Shown here in pieces: positions 9,429 to 19,559 of a stretch of 64,000 bases of DNA (the stretch's first letter is position 1; every line of letters begins with the position of its first letter). Below the pieces are notes generated by a model. That model made no database searches, was not told the origin of the DNA, and worked only from the letters and a program-made list of their open reading frames with translations. The DNA is from an uncultured Chroococcidiopsis sp. Lineage in GTDB: Bacteria > Cyanobacteriota > Cyanobacteriia > Cyanobacteriales > Chroococcidiopsidaceae. The position numbers and the translations under genes were made by a program. The stretch is from assembly GCA_964248365.1 (NCBI GenBank), contig CAXTYC010000004.1, positions 128,001 to 192,000 on the forward strand, in the 5' to 3' direction.

Positions 9429-9564
9429 TATAGCGAGCCTATTTGATTTGTGAAATAGACTTTTTTACGTAGACCGAAGGGCTTGCCGCTGGCTACCGCA
9501 AAGACGCAAAGAGCGCAAAGTTAAGAAGTAGACAGAGGTTTACGAATCATTTAGCAATGCTATG
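9429..9564. mobile_element. MITE-like element with imperfect ~26-bp terminal inverted repeats
   Basis: Left end TATAGCGAGCCTATTTGATTTGTGAA versus the reverse complement of the right end CATAGCATTGCTAAATGATTCGTAAA; internal cgcaaaga repeats. Confidence 0.6.
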
Positions 9565-9617
9565 GAGGAATTTATTATATTTTAGTGGACTTGTACCAGA
9601 CGTTGAATTTTAATTTT

Positions 9618-9653
9618 CAGCTTGACATTAACATTAGTGTCAAGGTTTAGAGT
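9618..9653 (+). promoter_or_regulatory. MerR-type coaT promoter/operator
   Basis: -35 TTGACA (9622-9627), 20-bp spacer, -10 TAGAGT (9648-9653). Dyad CTTGACA-N10-TGTCAAG (9621-9644) resembles the Synechocystis coa operator. Confidence 0.88.
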
Positions 9654-9685
9654 GGAAGAGTCTGCACATATTGACGCTTCCCCCA

Positions 9686-11647
9686 ATGACTCAGCAGTTG
9701 CTCTCAATTACTCGCTGGCGATCGCCTTTGAAAGAACATCCAGAGGCGATCGCAGCTATTGTATGTGGTTTACTGGTATTCCTGGGTTGGCTATCTCTAC
9801 AATTAAGCTGGTTAGGGCTGGGTTTGTTACTTTTAAGTGCAGCCTATGTAATTGGGGGATATGAAAGTCTGAGTGAGGGATTGACAACTCTGTGGAAAGA
9901 AAAAGAGTTGGATGTTGATCTGTTAATGATTGTGGCAGCACTAGGGGCGGCTATTCTGGGCTTGTGGCGAAGAGAGTATTACCTAATTGTTGATGGTGCT
10001 GTATTGATTCTGATTTTTGCAATTAGCGGCGCACTCGAAGGCTATGCGATGCAGCGAACTGAACGCAACATTCGCAGCTTGATGAGCTTGAATCCAGATA
10101 CAGCAAGGGTAGTGCTGCATGGTGAAGAACAGATGATTCCGATTGCTAAATTACAAGTAGGCGATCGCGTGTTAGTCAAGCCAGGAGAACTAATTCCTAC
10201 CGATGCGATTATTTTAGAAGGATACAGCACTCTCAATGAAGCTGCTATTACTGGCGAATCCTTACCAGTAGAGAAGACAGTAGGAAATGAAGTGTTTGCA
10301 GGTACGTTGAACGGCTATGGTGCTTTAACGCTGCAAGTACATCAACCACCAGAAAGCAGTTTAATTGGGCGAGTGATTTCGCTAGTTAAGCAAGCACAAA
10401 CCTCAGCACCGCCGTCTCAACAGTTTATAGAACGTTTTGAGAAAGGCTATGCAAAGGTGATTGTGCTAATTGGGCTACTACTGGCAATTTTACCGCCGTT
10501 GGTTTGGGGTTGGGATTGGGAAACCACAATTTATAGAGCGCTAATTTTTTTGGTAGTGGCTTCGCCTTGTGCATTGATGGCTGCAATTATGCCCACACTG
10601 CTATCAGGGATTGCAAATGGAGCCAGACAGGGTATTTTGTTTAAGAGTGGTACTCAGTTAGAGATAATGGGGAGAGTAAAAGCGATCGCCTTCGATAAAA
10701 CTGGTACTCTCACAACAGGGAAGTTGCAAGTTGTCCAAATTATTCCTGCTGCACGTTGGAAGCCACAACAAGTTTTGCAAATAGCAGCAGCCTTAGAAGC
10801 ATACTCAGAACATCCTATTGGAATGGCTATAGTATCCGCCGCCCAACAACAGCAACTAGCTATTACAACTGCTAGCCTGGTGCGATCGCACCCTGGGCAA
10901 GGTATTATCGGTGAAGTTCACAACCTGCAAGTTGTAGTAGGAAAAGCCGCCTTTGTCGAACAGCAGATTTCTGGTGAGTTAATTGATCTGGCTTCAAATG
11001 ACAACAGAACCGAAGAGGAATGGTATCAGTCAATTCAAAAGCTGGAAGCAGAAGGTAAAACGGTTGTTTGGGTAGCTCAGGCAAACCAGCTTGTAGGAAT
11101 TATTGCTGTTGCTGATACTCTTAGACCACAAACAGCGGAAATTGTCAAGCGATTGAAACATTTGGGCATTGAACAAATTGTGATGCTGACAGGAGATAAC
11201 AAAAGGACAGCGCACAGCATTGCCCAAGCAGTTGGTATAGATCAGGTGTATGCAGAACTCTTACCCGAAGACAAAATGAATGTGATTCGCCGTCTACAGC
11301 AGCAATATCAAACTGTAGCGATGGTAGGAGACGGTATCAACGACGCACCCGCACTTGCTGAAGCATCGGTAGGTATTGCGATGGGTGCGGCTGGTAGTGA
11401 TGTGGCTCTGGAAACAGCTGATATTGTTTTGATGACAGATCGTTTAGAAAAGTTAGAACAAGCAATTTGCTTAGGTCGTCGTTCTCAAGCAATTGTAAAA
11501 CAAAACATTGTTTTTGCATTAAGTTTTATTGTGTTGTTATTGATTGCAAATTTCGCTGGTAACATTACCATGCCTATCGGTGTAATTGGGCATGAGGGTT
11601 CAACAGTTTTGGTAACGTTAAGTGGTCTAAGGTTACTGAGAAGTTAA
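9686..11647 (+). CDS. coaT: P1B-4-type heavy-metal (Co2+) translocating ATPase
   Basis: TGES, SPC, DKTGTLT, SEHP, GDGINDAP and HEGST motifs; no N-terminal metal-binding domain. ORF from 9671, ATG at 9686. Confidence 0.92.
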   Translation: MTQQLLSITRWRSPLKEHPEAIAAIVCGLLVFLGWLSLQLSWLGLGLLLLSAAYVIGGYESLSEGLTTLWKEKELDVDLLMIVAALGAAILGLWRREYYLIVDGAVLILIFAISGALEGYAMQRTERNIRSLMSLNPDTARVVLHGEEQMIPIAKLQVGDRVLVKPGELIPTDAIILEGYSTLNEAAITGESLPVEKTVGNEVFAGTLNGYGALTLQVHQPPESSLIGRVISLVKQAQTSAPPSQQFIERFEKGYAKVIVLIGLLLAILPPLVWGWDWETTIYRALIFLVVASPCALMAAIMPTLLSGIANGARQGILFKSGTQLEIMGRVKAIAFDKTGTLTTGKLQVVQIIPAARWKPQQVLQIAAALEAYSEHPIGMAIVSAAQQQQLAITTASLVRSHPGQGIIGEVHNLQVVVGKAAFVEQQISGELIDLASNDNRTEEEWYQSIQKLEAEGKTVVWVAQANQLVGIIAVADTLRPQTAEIVKRLKHLGIEQIVMLTGDNKRTAHSIAQAVGIDQVYAELLPEDKMNVIRRLQQQYQTVAMVGDGINDAPALAEASVGIAMGAAGSDVALETADIVLMTDRLEKLEQAICLGRRSQAIVKQNIVFALSFIVLLLIANFAGNITMPIGVIGHEGSTVLVTLSGLRLLRS

Positions 11648-12333
11648 ATAGAATCAGTTGTAATCAAACGTCCATCTTCTATATAAACAATGCGATCGGC
11701 AATATCAAGAATGCGGCTGTCGTGGGTAACAAGTAAAATTGTGCAACTTTGCTCTTTAGCTAAATGTTGCATCATCTCTACTACATCTCGGCCAGATTTT
11801 TTGTCTAAAGCGGCAGTAGGTTCATCAGCAAGTACAATTTGAGGATGGCTAACTAAAGCACGAGCAATTGCTACCCTTTGCTTTTGTCCACCTGACAACT
11901 TCTCAGGATAATAATTAGTCCGATTTCCCAAGCCAACAGCTTCGAGTATAGCTGTTGCTTTACCATCCAACTGATTGATAAATTCATCATGCAATTCTAG
12001 AGACATTCGTACATTTTCTTTTGCTGTCAAGAATGTCATGAGATTATGTGCCTGAAAAATGTAGCCAATATTGCGGCGAATTTGTGTTAACTGCTGCTTA
12101 GTGGCTCCACACATTTCCTGACATAAGATTTTCAAACTACCTGATTGAGCAGAACGTAAACCACCCATCAGAGTTAACAAAGTGGTTTTTCCCGATCCAG
12201 ATGGTCCAGTCATGATCGCAATTTCGCCAAGATAAATATCTAGATTGATATCAAATAAAGTCTGTTTACTCAGTTCTCCTTCACCGAAATAGTGATTGAG
12301 ATTTTGTACAGAAATGACGAGTTTTGTTGTCAT
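11644..12333 (-). CDS. DevA-family ABC transporter ATP-binding protein
   Basis: GPSGSGKT, LSGGQKQRVAIARAL and ADEPT motifs. Confidence 0.93.
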   Translation of the reverse strand: MTTKLVISVQNLNHYFGEGELSKQTLFDINLDIYLGEIAIMTGPSGSGKTTLLTLMGGLRSAQSGSLKILCQEMCGATKQQLTQIRRNIGYIFQAHNLMTFLTAKENVRMSLELHDEFINQLDGKATAILEAVGLGNRTNYYPEKLSGGQKQRVAIARALVSHPQIVLADEPTAALDKKSGRDVVEMMQHLAKEQSCTILLVTHDSRILDIADRIVYIEDGRLITTDSI

Positions 12334-12345
12334 AGGGATGGGTAA

Positions 12346-13500
12346 TTAAAAAACATCGGCGGGATCGGCAGAACGTAGTTTTTGCATGGCGATCACTCCC
12401 GAAACACTGCACATTACAAACGTCATTACCAATACAAATACGGCACGTTCAAGCTTCATGCCAATTGGCATTAATGTAGCAGCATAGGCAAGTTGATACA
12501 GTCCCACAGAAAGCAAAAATCCTGGTATATAACCCAAAATTGCTAATAATAAAGATTCTTGTAACAAAACGATGAAGAGGTAGCGATCGCCATATCCCAT
12601 TGCTTTTAAAGTCGCATATTCTGGTAAGTGATTGACAACATCGGTGTAGAGAATCTGATAAACAATCACAATCCCAACAATAAAGCCAACTGTTACACCT
12701 AATCCAAAGATAAAACCGATCGCACCTTGGCTTTCCCAATAGTATTTTTCTACTTCTGCAAATTCTTCTGGTGTCATGACTTTCACATCCCCACCTAGAA
12801 TTGCTGTTAGTTCAGTTTTTACTACTTCCGGCTTAATTCCTGGCTGAAGTTGAATTAAACCAACTTCAATTTCCTCTGGCTGTCTTTGTGGAAATAACTT
12901 GAGAAACGTTGAGTCACTGGTGATAACATTTCCATCAGCGGCAAAAGTAGCACCCATGCTAAATAATCCTACGACTCGAATCACTTGCTGATTGACTTCT
13001 GCTTCTAGTGTTCCTTGTTTTTGCACACTGTCTGCAATTAAGCCATATTCAGGGCGAGATGAGCGATCGAATAATACTTGGTTTAGCTGTTTAAGTTGCG
13101 GTAATTTCTGTTCTATCTCTGGTACAGCAAAGCTTGGTGCTTCTGGATCAACACCCCAAATCAATATAGCTCGGTTTTGGCGCGTGTCGGGATTTTTCCA
13201 TTGTCCACTGGCAATATAGATAGAACTAACCGACGCAACACCATCAGCACTTAATGCTTGATATAGTCTTTCTCTGGGAAAACTTTGCACTGACAACAAA
13301 GTTTGAAATTGTGGATTTGTCAAGACTAAATCTGCTTTCAGTAAGCGTTGCGTTTGGGTTACACCATCATAGAGAGCATCTTGCAATCCTAGTTGCATCA
13401 AAATCAGCATATCTGCAAAGGCTATTCCAGCGATCGCTACCAATAGGCGCGTTTTTTCTTTCATCAACTGTCGCCATGCTAGGGGAGTTTTGCGAAACAT
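12346..13500 (-). CDS. DevC-family ABC transporter permease
   Basis: PLAWRQL...IVYQILYTDV..HLPEYATLKAMGY...ADPADVF. Confidence 0.93.
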   Translation of the reverse strand: MFRKTPLAWRQLMKEKTRLLVAIAGIAFADMLILMQLGLQDALYDGVTQTQRLLKADLVLTNPQFQTLLSVQSFPRERLYQALSADGVASVSSIYIASGQWKNPDTRQNRAILIWGVDPEAPSFAVPEIEQKLPQLKQLNQVLFDRSSRPEYGLIADSVQKQGTLEAEVNQQVIRVVGLFSMGATFAADGNVITSDSTFLKLFPQRQPEEIEVGLIQLQPGIKPEVVKTELTAILGGDVKVMTPEEFAEVEKYYWESQGAIGFIFGLGVTVGFIVGIVIVYQILYTDVVNHLPEYATLKAMGYGDRYLFIVLLQESLLLAILGYIPGFLLSVGLYQLAYAATLMPIGMKLERAVFVLVMTFVMCSVSGVIAMQKLRSADPADVF

Positions 13501-13551
13501 AATTTTTCCTTAACTATGGAGAGGTAATTGCTAGTTGGTAGTTGGTAATTG

Positions 13552-13616
13552 GTAGGGGCGCTCTTTAAACGAGTTGTCTGAAGGTTCACAAGTATGTCTG
13601 ATAAACCCGCGCGTAC
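13552..13616. repeat. GTAG-family REP-like element (GTAGGGGCG...AAACCCGC..TAC)
   Basis: Inverted ends; relatives at 5234-5295 (inside birA) and 42504-42562. Confidence 0.7.
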
Positions 13617-13921
13617 GGTAGTTGGTAGCTGCTTTTTAATTTGTGAATTCAAAAATGAAGTTCACCACAGCAGGTCATTCATTAGCGATAGAATAGCTGC
13701 AAAGTCAATCTTTACTGATGTCATCAAAAACAGAGTTTTTTCTCTATTTCTTTTGATGCCATTAGAGGCAATTATTCGGAAAGCTATGATAATTAAACTT
13801 GCCCAAGGATAAGTTCTTTTAACAATTAGAAACCAGATTTGGGTAACTTTGCACGGCATGACTAAACTACTCGTTATGGTAATTGGTAATTGGTAAAGAG
13901 TAATTGGTAACTGGTAACTGG

Positions 13922-14257
13922 TTATTTGTCATTAGTAATGCTGAATTCTTCTATGTGGCGTTGTCGCATCAGCAGAAATAAAGGCAGTGCGAGAGAAATA
14001 CCAGCCAGCACGTAGCTTGCAATATAAACCCACAGATTTTTCATCTTCAGGCGCGAACCTTCCAAAAATACAAAAATCCAAAGAGCTAGCGACGAGATAA
14101 TGAAATCTAGACCAAAGGCGGCAGAAATTCTGTTAGCAAACAACTGCTCAAAGAAAAGCTTTACATCTAATCCGTTTTCTATTAAAAACGGCAAGAATTG
14201 CGAGTAAGGTAAAACAGTACCCAGGATGCAGAGAATCAAGTATGTGATTTGAAGCAT
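13922..14257 (-). CDS. DUF2834-like small membrane protein
   Basis: YLILCILGTVLPY...LFANRIS..F.LD...GISLALPLFL pattern, about 3 hydrophobic helices. Confidence 0.82.
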   Translation of the reverse strand: MLQITYLILCILGTVLPYSQFLPFLIENGLDVKLFFEQLFANRISAAFGLDFIISSLALWIFVFLEGSRLKMKNLWVYIASYVLAGISLALPLFLLMRQRHIEEFSITNDK

Positions 14258-14267
14258 GGTTTTTTCC

Positions 14268-14289
14268 TTATATCAAACATTCGTTATAA
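14268..14289. promoter_or_regulatory. candidate TetR operator, internal copy
   Basis: TTATATCAAACATTCGTTATAA matches the two palindromes upstream of tetR and lies 10 bp upstream of the DUF2834 start. Confidence 0.7.
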
Positions 14290-14306
14290 AATAAGTGAGC
14301 AAAAAT

Positions 14307-15473
14307 TTACAGCTTAATTGCTGTTTGTACTTGCAAGTTAGTCAATCGGGCAACTTGCTTGCTGTCTTCAGGATTGAGACGAATTTTCACTTCAATTACA
14401 CGGCGATCCATGTTTTCCCCTGGTTGATTGCTGAAGACGTTTTGGCGGTTGACTTGCAATCCAATTTGTGATAGAGTTCCTTGTAGTTGCCCCGCAAATG
14501 CCTGACTGGTAACTACTGCTTGTTGTCCCAGCCGAACTTTGCTAATGTCAGTTTGATAAACCTCTGCTACGGCTACCATTTGGCTAGTTTGTCCCAAGTC
14601 TGCAATGCCCTCGTCACCGATCTTTTCTCCAATCCTGGTATGAATCTTGAGAATTCGCCCCGCCATTGGTGCTTTGATATAAGCTCGGTGTAAGTTGGTT
14701 TGTGCTTGTCTTTGGGCTGCTGTTGCATTATCTACCTCGGTTTGAGCCGCCTTTATATCGGTGGGACGCACTTCGACAATGCGGCTTAGAGTGGCTTTGG
14801 CTTCTCCTAGTTCGGCGATGAGGGTTTCTTTGGTGCGATTTTGTGCGGCGATCGCTTCCCTTAGTTGTGCCTTGCTAGTTTCGGCACTCAGGCGCTTACT
14901 ATCCAAAAGGGAGGCAGAAATAGCACCACTTTGATACAATTTATCAAAACGCTTATACTCAGCATCAGCGTTGCGAACTTCTGACTGCCAACGGGCAATA
15001 GCGGCGTTTTGTGTGGCAATTTCTCCTGTCATCTGTGCTTGGAGTCGCCGAATTGTTGCTTGTTGTGCCTGAATTTCTCCGGTTTTCGCTCCGGCTTTGA
15101 CTTGTGCTAATCGAGCTTGGGCAACTCTAACTTGCGCCCCCGCTTGATCTAGGGCATCTTTGAGGCGATCGCCTTCGTCCATTATTGCCACAACTTGCCC
15201 TTGTTTAACTGCATCTCCTTGTTTAACAAGTAGTTTCGCTACGCGATCGCCATCTAAACTTAGAGGTGCTGACAAGCGAATTACTTCTGCCTCTGGTTCC
15301 AATCGTCCTAAAGCTGTCACTTTTTTGACTGGGGGTGGTGTAGTTACAGGCTGGCGTGTATGCTGGGGAATTTGAGAAATGCCATAATAGGCGATCGCAC
15401 CTGTAATCGCACTAGCACTAACAAATAAACCTATCAGCCTTCTATTTGATGGTTTTGAGATAAATTCCATCAT
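14307..15473 (-). CDS. DevB-family membrane fusion (HlyD) protein
   Basis: VTALGRLEP, lipoyl-like halves, coiled coil, VAEVYQTDI, DRRVIEVKIRL. Confidence 0.93.
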   Translation of the reverse strand: MMEFISKPSNRRLIGLFVSASAITGAIAYYGISQIPQHTRQPVTTPPPVKKVTALGRLEPEAEVIRLSAPLSLDGDRVAKLLVKQGDAVKQGQVVAIMDEGDRLKDALDQAGAQVRVAQARLAQVKAGAKTGEIQAQQATIRRLQAQMTGEIATQNAAIARWQSEVRNADAEYKRFDKLYQSGAISASLLDSKRLSAETSKAQLREAIAAQNRTKETLIAELGEAKATLSRIVEVRPTDIKAAQTEVDNATAAQRQAQTNLHRAYIKAPMAGRILKIHTRIGEKIGDEGIADLGQTSQMVAVAEVYQTDISKVRLGQQAVVTSQAFAGQLQGTLSQIGLQVNRQNVFSNQPGENMDRRVIEVKIRLNPEDSKQVARLTNLQVQTAIKL

Positions 15474-15646
15474 ATTTCCTCATACCATTTTAGATTTTGG
15501 AGCCACTTGTGGGGGAAGGGTTTCCCTTGGTGAGCAAAGTGGCGTAATTTTCGATTGGAGAACTCTTGTTTTGTAAACTATCTCAGCCCTTTATCTGTTG
15601 CAACTATAAATTCATTCGGTCTCAGTTAAAAATAGGAACCAGACAA

Positions 15647-16252
15647 CTAGTAAGTCGCCTTACTTGTGTACTTAGTCAGCTTTATAGGCTGTTGCTCCAT
15701 AAAAGTAGTTAGCATTTTGCCTAGCAAGGTTGCTTGTTCTACGTAAGAAACTGTTTGATCTCCATACAGTCGCCTTAAAAGCAAGCCATAAATCAAGTTA
15801 AAGACAAAATCAACGATCGTATCTGTAATCTGCAAATAGTCTGCGATCGCCTGCATAGTCTGCTCATCCGCTTGTTTTAGCGCCTCGCTATATAAATCTT
15901 TATTCCAGTTCTGCTGTTGACAAAACTCAATCCAAAGTAGACATTGTTTCAGAAAGTAGTCTTCATTCTTGGCAACAAAATTGAACACGATGTCAATCCG
16001 TTCTACCAGTGTAGGGGGATTTTCCGCCTCAGCCAAAAAATGCATGATGTCTTGCTGCGACTGCTCTTGTACCAATTGACAAAATAGCGCTTCTTTGCTA
16101 TTGAAGTAGTGGTATAGTGTTCCCGTAGAAACTCCTAACCCCTGAGCCAGTTGTCGCATAGTTAGTGAACTGTAGCCTTTTTGAGCAAACAGGTCAAAAC
16201 TCTTCATCAGCAACTCTTTGCGGTACTGGTCGTGGTTAACAATCTTGGGCAT
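15647..16252 (-). CDS. TetR/AcrR-family transcriptional regulator
   Basis: MPKIVNH...GVSTGTLYHYF.SKE.LF HTH. Confidence 0.93.
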   Translation of the reverse strand: MPKIVNHDQYRKELLMKSFDLFAQKGYSSLTMRQLAQGLGVSTGTLYHYFNSKEALFCQLVQEQSQQDIMHFLAEAENPPTLVERIDIVFNFVAKNEDYFLKQCLLWIEFCQQQNWNKDLYSEALKQADEQTMQAIADYLQITDTIVDFVFNLIYGLLLRRLYGDQTVSYVEQATLLGKMLTTFMEQQPIKLTKYTSKATY

Positions 16253-16265
16253 CTACACACTCAAT

Positions 16266-16319
16266 TTATATCGAACGATTGATATAAAATATTAAAACAA
16301 ACGTTCGATATAAAGTCAA
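16266..16319 (-). promoter_or_regulatory. tetR promoter with two 22-bp palindromic operators
   Basis: TTATATCGAACGATTGATATAA (16266-16287) and TTAAAACAAACGTTCGATATAA (16292-16313). On the minus strand TTGACT-N17-TTTAAT overlaps the second site. Confidence 0.75.
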
Positions 16320-16378
16320 CTAGGTAATTCGTAATTAAAAAGCAGTTATCAACTACTAACTACCGTAAGAGCAGAATT

Positions 16379-17152
16379 TCATGCAAATGCGCTCGATCCT
16401 AGATCTGGGGGGACATCTTGTAGCCTTCCTTGTCCGATCGCCTGCAAAGCAGCTTTGAGAGTAATATCACCAGTATATAAAGCACGACCAACAATTACAC
16501 CTGTAACGCCCAATGGTTCAAGTGCTAGCAGACTAAGAAGATCTGTTACAGAACTCACACCACCAGAAGCAATTACGGGAATTGATAATTCTGTTGCAAG
16601 TTCTCGCAGTGCTTCTAAATTTGGTCCCGAAAGAGTGCCATCACGATGAATATCTGTGTATATAATGGCGGCAGCTCCGAGTTGTTGCATTTGCCCTGCT
16701 AAAGCAGTTGCCAAAACCTCTGATGTTTCCAGCCAACCTCTGGTCGCTACTTTGCCATTACGGGCATCAATACCAACAATAATTTGCTGGGGGAATTCTT
16801 GACATAGATCGGCTACTAACTGAGGTTGTTCTACAGCAACAGTTCCCAGAATCACCCGTTGTACACCTAGATTTAGAAGTTCGGCAACACTGGTGCGATC
16901 GCGCAATCCTCCACCAACCTGAATTGGCACTGATACGGCTTGTAAGATTGATTCAATTGCCTTGTGGTTGACTACTTTACCCGTTTTTGCACCATCGAGA
17001 TCGACTACGTGTAGCAAGCTTGCTCCTTGTTCCACCCAAGAGCTTGCCATATCAGCCGGATTGTCATTAAAGACTTGCGATCTGAGATAATCTCCCTGAT
17101 ACAACCGCACACACCGACCTTCGAGTAAATCTATCGCTGGTATGATATCCAT
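16379..17152 (-). CDS. hisA: ProFAR isomerase HisA
   Basis: [36 protein letters not shown] motifs. Confidence 0.97.
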   Translation of the reverse strand: MDIIPAIDLLEGRCVRLYQGDYLRSQVFNDNPADMASSWVEQGASLLHVVDLDGAKTGKVVNHKAIESILQAVSVPIQVGGGLRDRTSVAELLNLGVQRVILGTVAVEQPQLVADLCQEFPQQIIVGIDARNGKVATRGWLETSEVLATALAGQMQQLGAAAIIYTDIHRDGTLSGPNLEALRELATELSIPVIASGGVSSVTDLLSLLALEPLGVTGVIVGRALYTGDITLKAALQAIGQGRLQDVPPDLGSSAFA

Positions 17153-17339
17153 AAAAGTGAGTAGTGAGTAGTGAGTAGTGAGCAGATAGGAGACTCCAAG
17201 TCAGAAGTCAGGAGTGGTGAAGTCAGGAGTTGTGAATACGGCATTAATGATTCTTCCCCTCTCCCACTCTCCCCCTTGCCCCCTTATCCCCAGAGGGGAA
17301 GATCGAGTTCCCCCTCCTCTTTCCCCAGCAAAAGCGCCC

Positions 17340-17684
17340 CTAGCCCCTAGCCTCTTTGATTGCTTGTCTAAAGCCGAGAACAATCAAAATATTGGTAAGT
17401 GTCAAGAAAAACTCAGCTCCTCCGTGCAGCCAATCAACATTAGCCAGAGACGTACCATAATGTACTTGGGCATAAATGCCAGCGGGGATGGTGACGGCGA
17501 CAAAAACTAAAGTGCCGTAGAAGCCAATCAAAGCTAAACGCGGCATTTGTTGAGAGCGTGTGATAAACCACAAGAAACCCAAATAGGGAAAGAGCGATAA
17601 GGCAAAAAGGGCATCTTTGGAAGGACGGACGGCGAAAGCCAATGCCAACAGTTGCGGTAGGGTGAAGGATGTAGGATCAATCAT
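17340..17684 (-). CDS. DUF3593 membrane protein
   Basis: LFALSLFPYLGFL...LANVDWLHGGAEFFLTLTN. Confidence 0.85.
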   Translation of the reverse strand: MIDPTSFTLPQLLALAFAVRPSKDALFALSLFPYLGFLWFITRSQQMPRLALIGFYGTLVFVAVTIPAGIYAQVHYGTSLANVDWLHGGAEFFLTLTNILIVLGFRQAIKEARG

Positions 17685-17697
17685 GATTACGTTTTTA

Positions 17698-18063
17698 TCA
17701 TGCCTTTTGCCTTAAGCTTGAAGTCAATGCAGTTTGTCGATCTTCTGTTTGATCTGACCGCTTCTGGTTGCCTTTCGATGAGCGCCAGAGCAACATGGCT
17801 GCGGCTAAAAGAGTGAAGTTACCAATCAGCGTCATTGTTGCTTGGAGTGTTACCAGCCATTCTAGAGATGTAGGATTGTCAAAAAAGTGCCAAGTACAGG
17901 CACACATAGCGCTAACTAAAGCTGGAAGCATTGCTAGGGAAAATGCCCACCAAGCTCGGTTCTGAGTGACTTCGCCATAAGTCCAGATTAGCCAAATGGC
18001 AATACCCCACTCAATCACACTAGAAACATGAATAATCCAGGTAGGAATCGAAAGTGCGTGCAT
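17698..18063 (-). CDS. DUF2499 / Ycf49-like membrane protein
   Basis: MHALSIPTWIIHVSSVIEW...ACTWHFFDN...LVTLQA. Confidence 0.88.
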   Translation of the reverse strand: MHALSIPTWIIHVSSVIEWGIAIWLIWTYGEVTQNRAWWAFSLAMLPALVSAMCACTWHFFDNPTSLEWLVTLQATMTLIGNFTLLAAAMLLWRSSKGNQKRSDQTEDRQTALTSSLRQKA

Positions 18064-18317
18064 AAGGAGGGGCTGGGGGCTAGGGGCTAGGAGAGAGGGA
18101 GAGGGGGAGAGTGGGAGAAAAGGAGAATCATTAATCTGTGAATTCTGAATTCTGACTTCTGAATTCTGACTTCTGAATTCTGAGTTCTGTCTTCTGTCTT
18201 CTGTCTTCTGAATTGGGCGCTTTTGAATTCGGAATGTTTTATTATGTTAGTCCTAAAGTCAGTTAATATACAGCAAATCTGTTGAGAAATGATCGAAGCG
18301 GGGCTGACGGAGCAAGC

Positions 18318-19379
18318 ATGGCAAGAAAAATCCGAGCTGTTTTGTGCGGCTACTACGGAAAAGGCAATGGTGGGGACGAGGCTTTATTAGCAACGCTATT
18401 GCAAATGCTGCCAGATCATGTAACTCCTGTAGTTTTATCTGGTAATCCAGCAGAAACACAGCAACGTTATCTCGTCGAGACGTGCGATCGCATGAATTTT
18501 TCTTCTATTCTAAAAACACTGCGTCAGTCAGATGCATTCATTTGGGGTGGAGGCAGTTTAATTCAAGATGCCACAAGTGCCATTAGCCCATTATATTATG
18601 GGGGTTTGATGACATTGGCGCAGCAGCAGGGGCTAAAAACCATTGCTTGGGCGCAGGGAATTGGACCAATCAAGCGATCTTGGACGCGCCAGCTAGCGCG
18701 CAGAACATTTTCAGGTTGCACTGCTGTAAGTGTACGCGATCGCGCTAGTGCTGCAATGGTTTGTGATTGGCAAATTCCTTATATTTTGGCTCCCGATCCG
18801 GTATGGGCATTAGAGGCGACGGCTGTGCATGGGTTGTGGGATTTACCTGCACCGAGAGTTGCTGTAACATTGCGATCCCATCCCTCACTAACAGCTGATC
18901 GTCTTGCCAACTTCACCCGCGCTTTGATTGACTTTCAAAGGGCTACCCAAACCTGCATTTTACTGTTACCATTTCAGTTATCGCAAGACGAAGCGATCGC
19001 CCAAGCAATTCAACCCCAACTACCTGGGGCAAACAAAATTCTCCATCTTGAAGATCCAAAAGCCTTAAAAGGTGTGTTTCGTGGTGTAGAAATGGCAATT
19101 GGGATGCGGTTGCACAGTTTAATCATGGCTGCATCCGAAGGCTGTCGCTGTTTTGCCATCAGTTACGATCCCAAAGTAAACCAGTTGATGACAGAATTGG
19201 CAATGCCTGGATGGAATCTAGCCGAGCTACCAGACGATCCTAACTTAATGAGTCAGACATGGTTAGAGCATTACGCCAACGGCTTTCCTTTGACACCAGA
19301 ACAAATCCTGTCTTTAGTAGATCGCGCCCTAATGCACCGCGACTTACTACACGAAGCCCTGTCTAAGTATAGAAATTAG
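18318..19379 (+). CDS. csaB: polysaccharide pyruvyl transferase CsaB
   Basis: GYYG.GN.GDEA, GGGSLIQD, AQGIGP, VRD..S, MRLHS and ISYDPKV motifs. ORF from 18282, ATG at 18318. Confidence 0.92.
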   Translation: MARKIRAVLCGYYGKGNGGDEALLATLLQMLPDHVTPVVLSGNPAETQQRYLVETCDRMNFSSILKTLRQSDAFIWGGGSLIQDATSAISPLYYGGLMTLAQQQGLKTIAWAQGIGPIKRSWTRQLARRTFSGCTAVSVRDRASAAMVCDWQIPYILAPDPVWALEATAVHGLWDLPAPRVAVTLRSHPSLTADRLANFTRALIDFQRATQTCILLLPFQLSQDEAIAQAIQPQLPGANKILHLEDPKALKGVFRGVEMAIGMRLHSLIMAASEGCRCFAISYDPKVNQLMTELAMPGWNLAELPDDPNLMSQTWLEHYANGFPLTPEQILSLVDRALMHRDLLHEALSKYRN

Positions 19380-19559
19380 CTATTAGCTTTTTTCAAGGGA
19401 TTATAGCTCAACAACTAACCCTTGTAAACTTGTCCTAATCTTAATGCGTCTTGCTATAATTCGTAATTAATAGACTTGTTACATAAGGAGCGCAGCGCGG
19501 TAATTTTTGCGTCCGAATGATCGCGGCTTTGCGTCTTTGCGAGAAACAAAAAGTCGAGT

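Noticed and set aside
17201..17510. ORFs containing SPPCPLIPRGEDRVPP (also 23633-23947)
   Set aside because: The shared peptide is just the translation of a dispersed DNA repeat.
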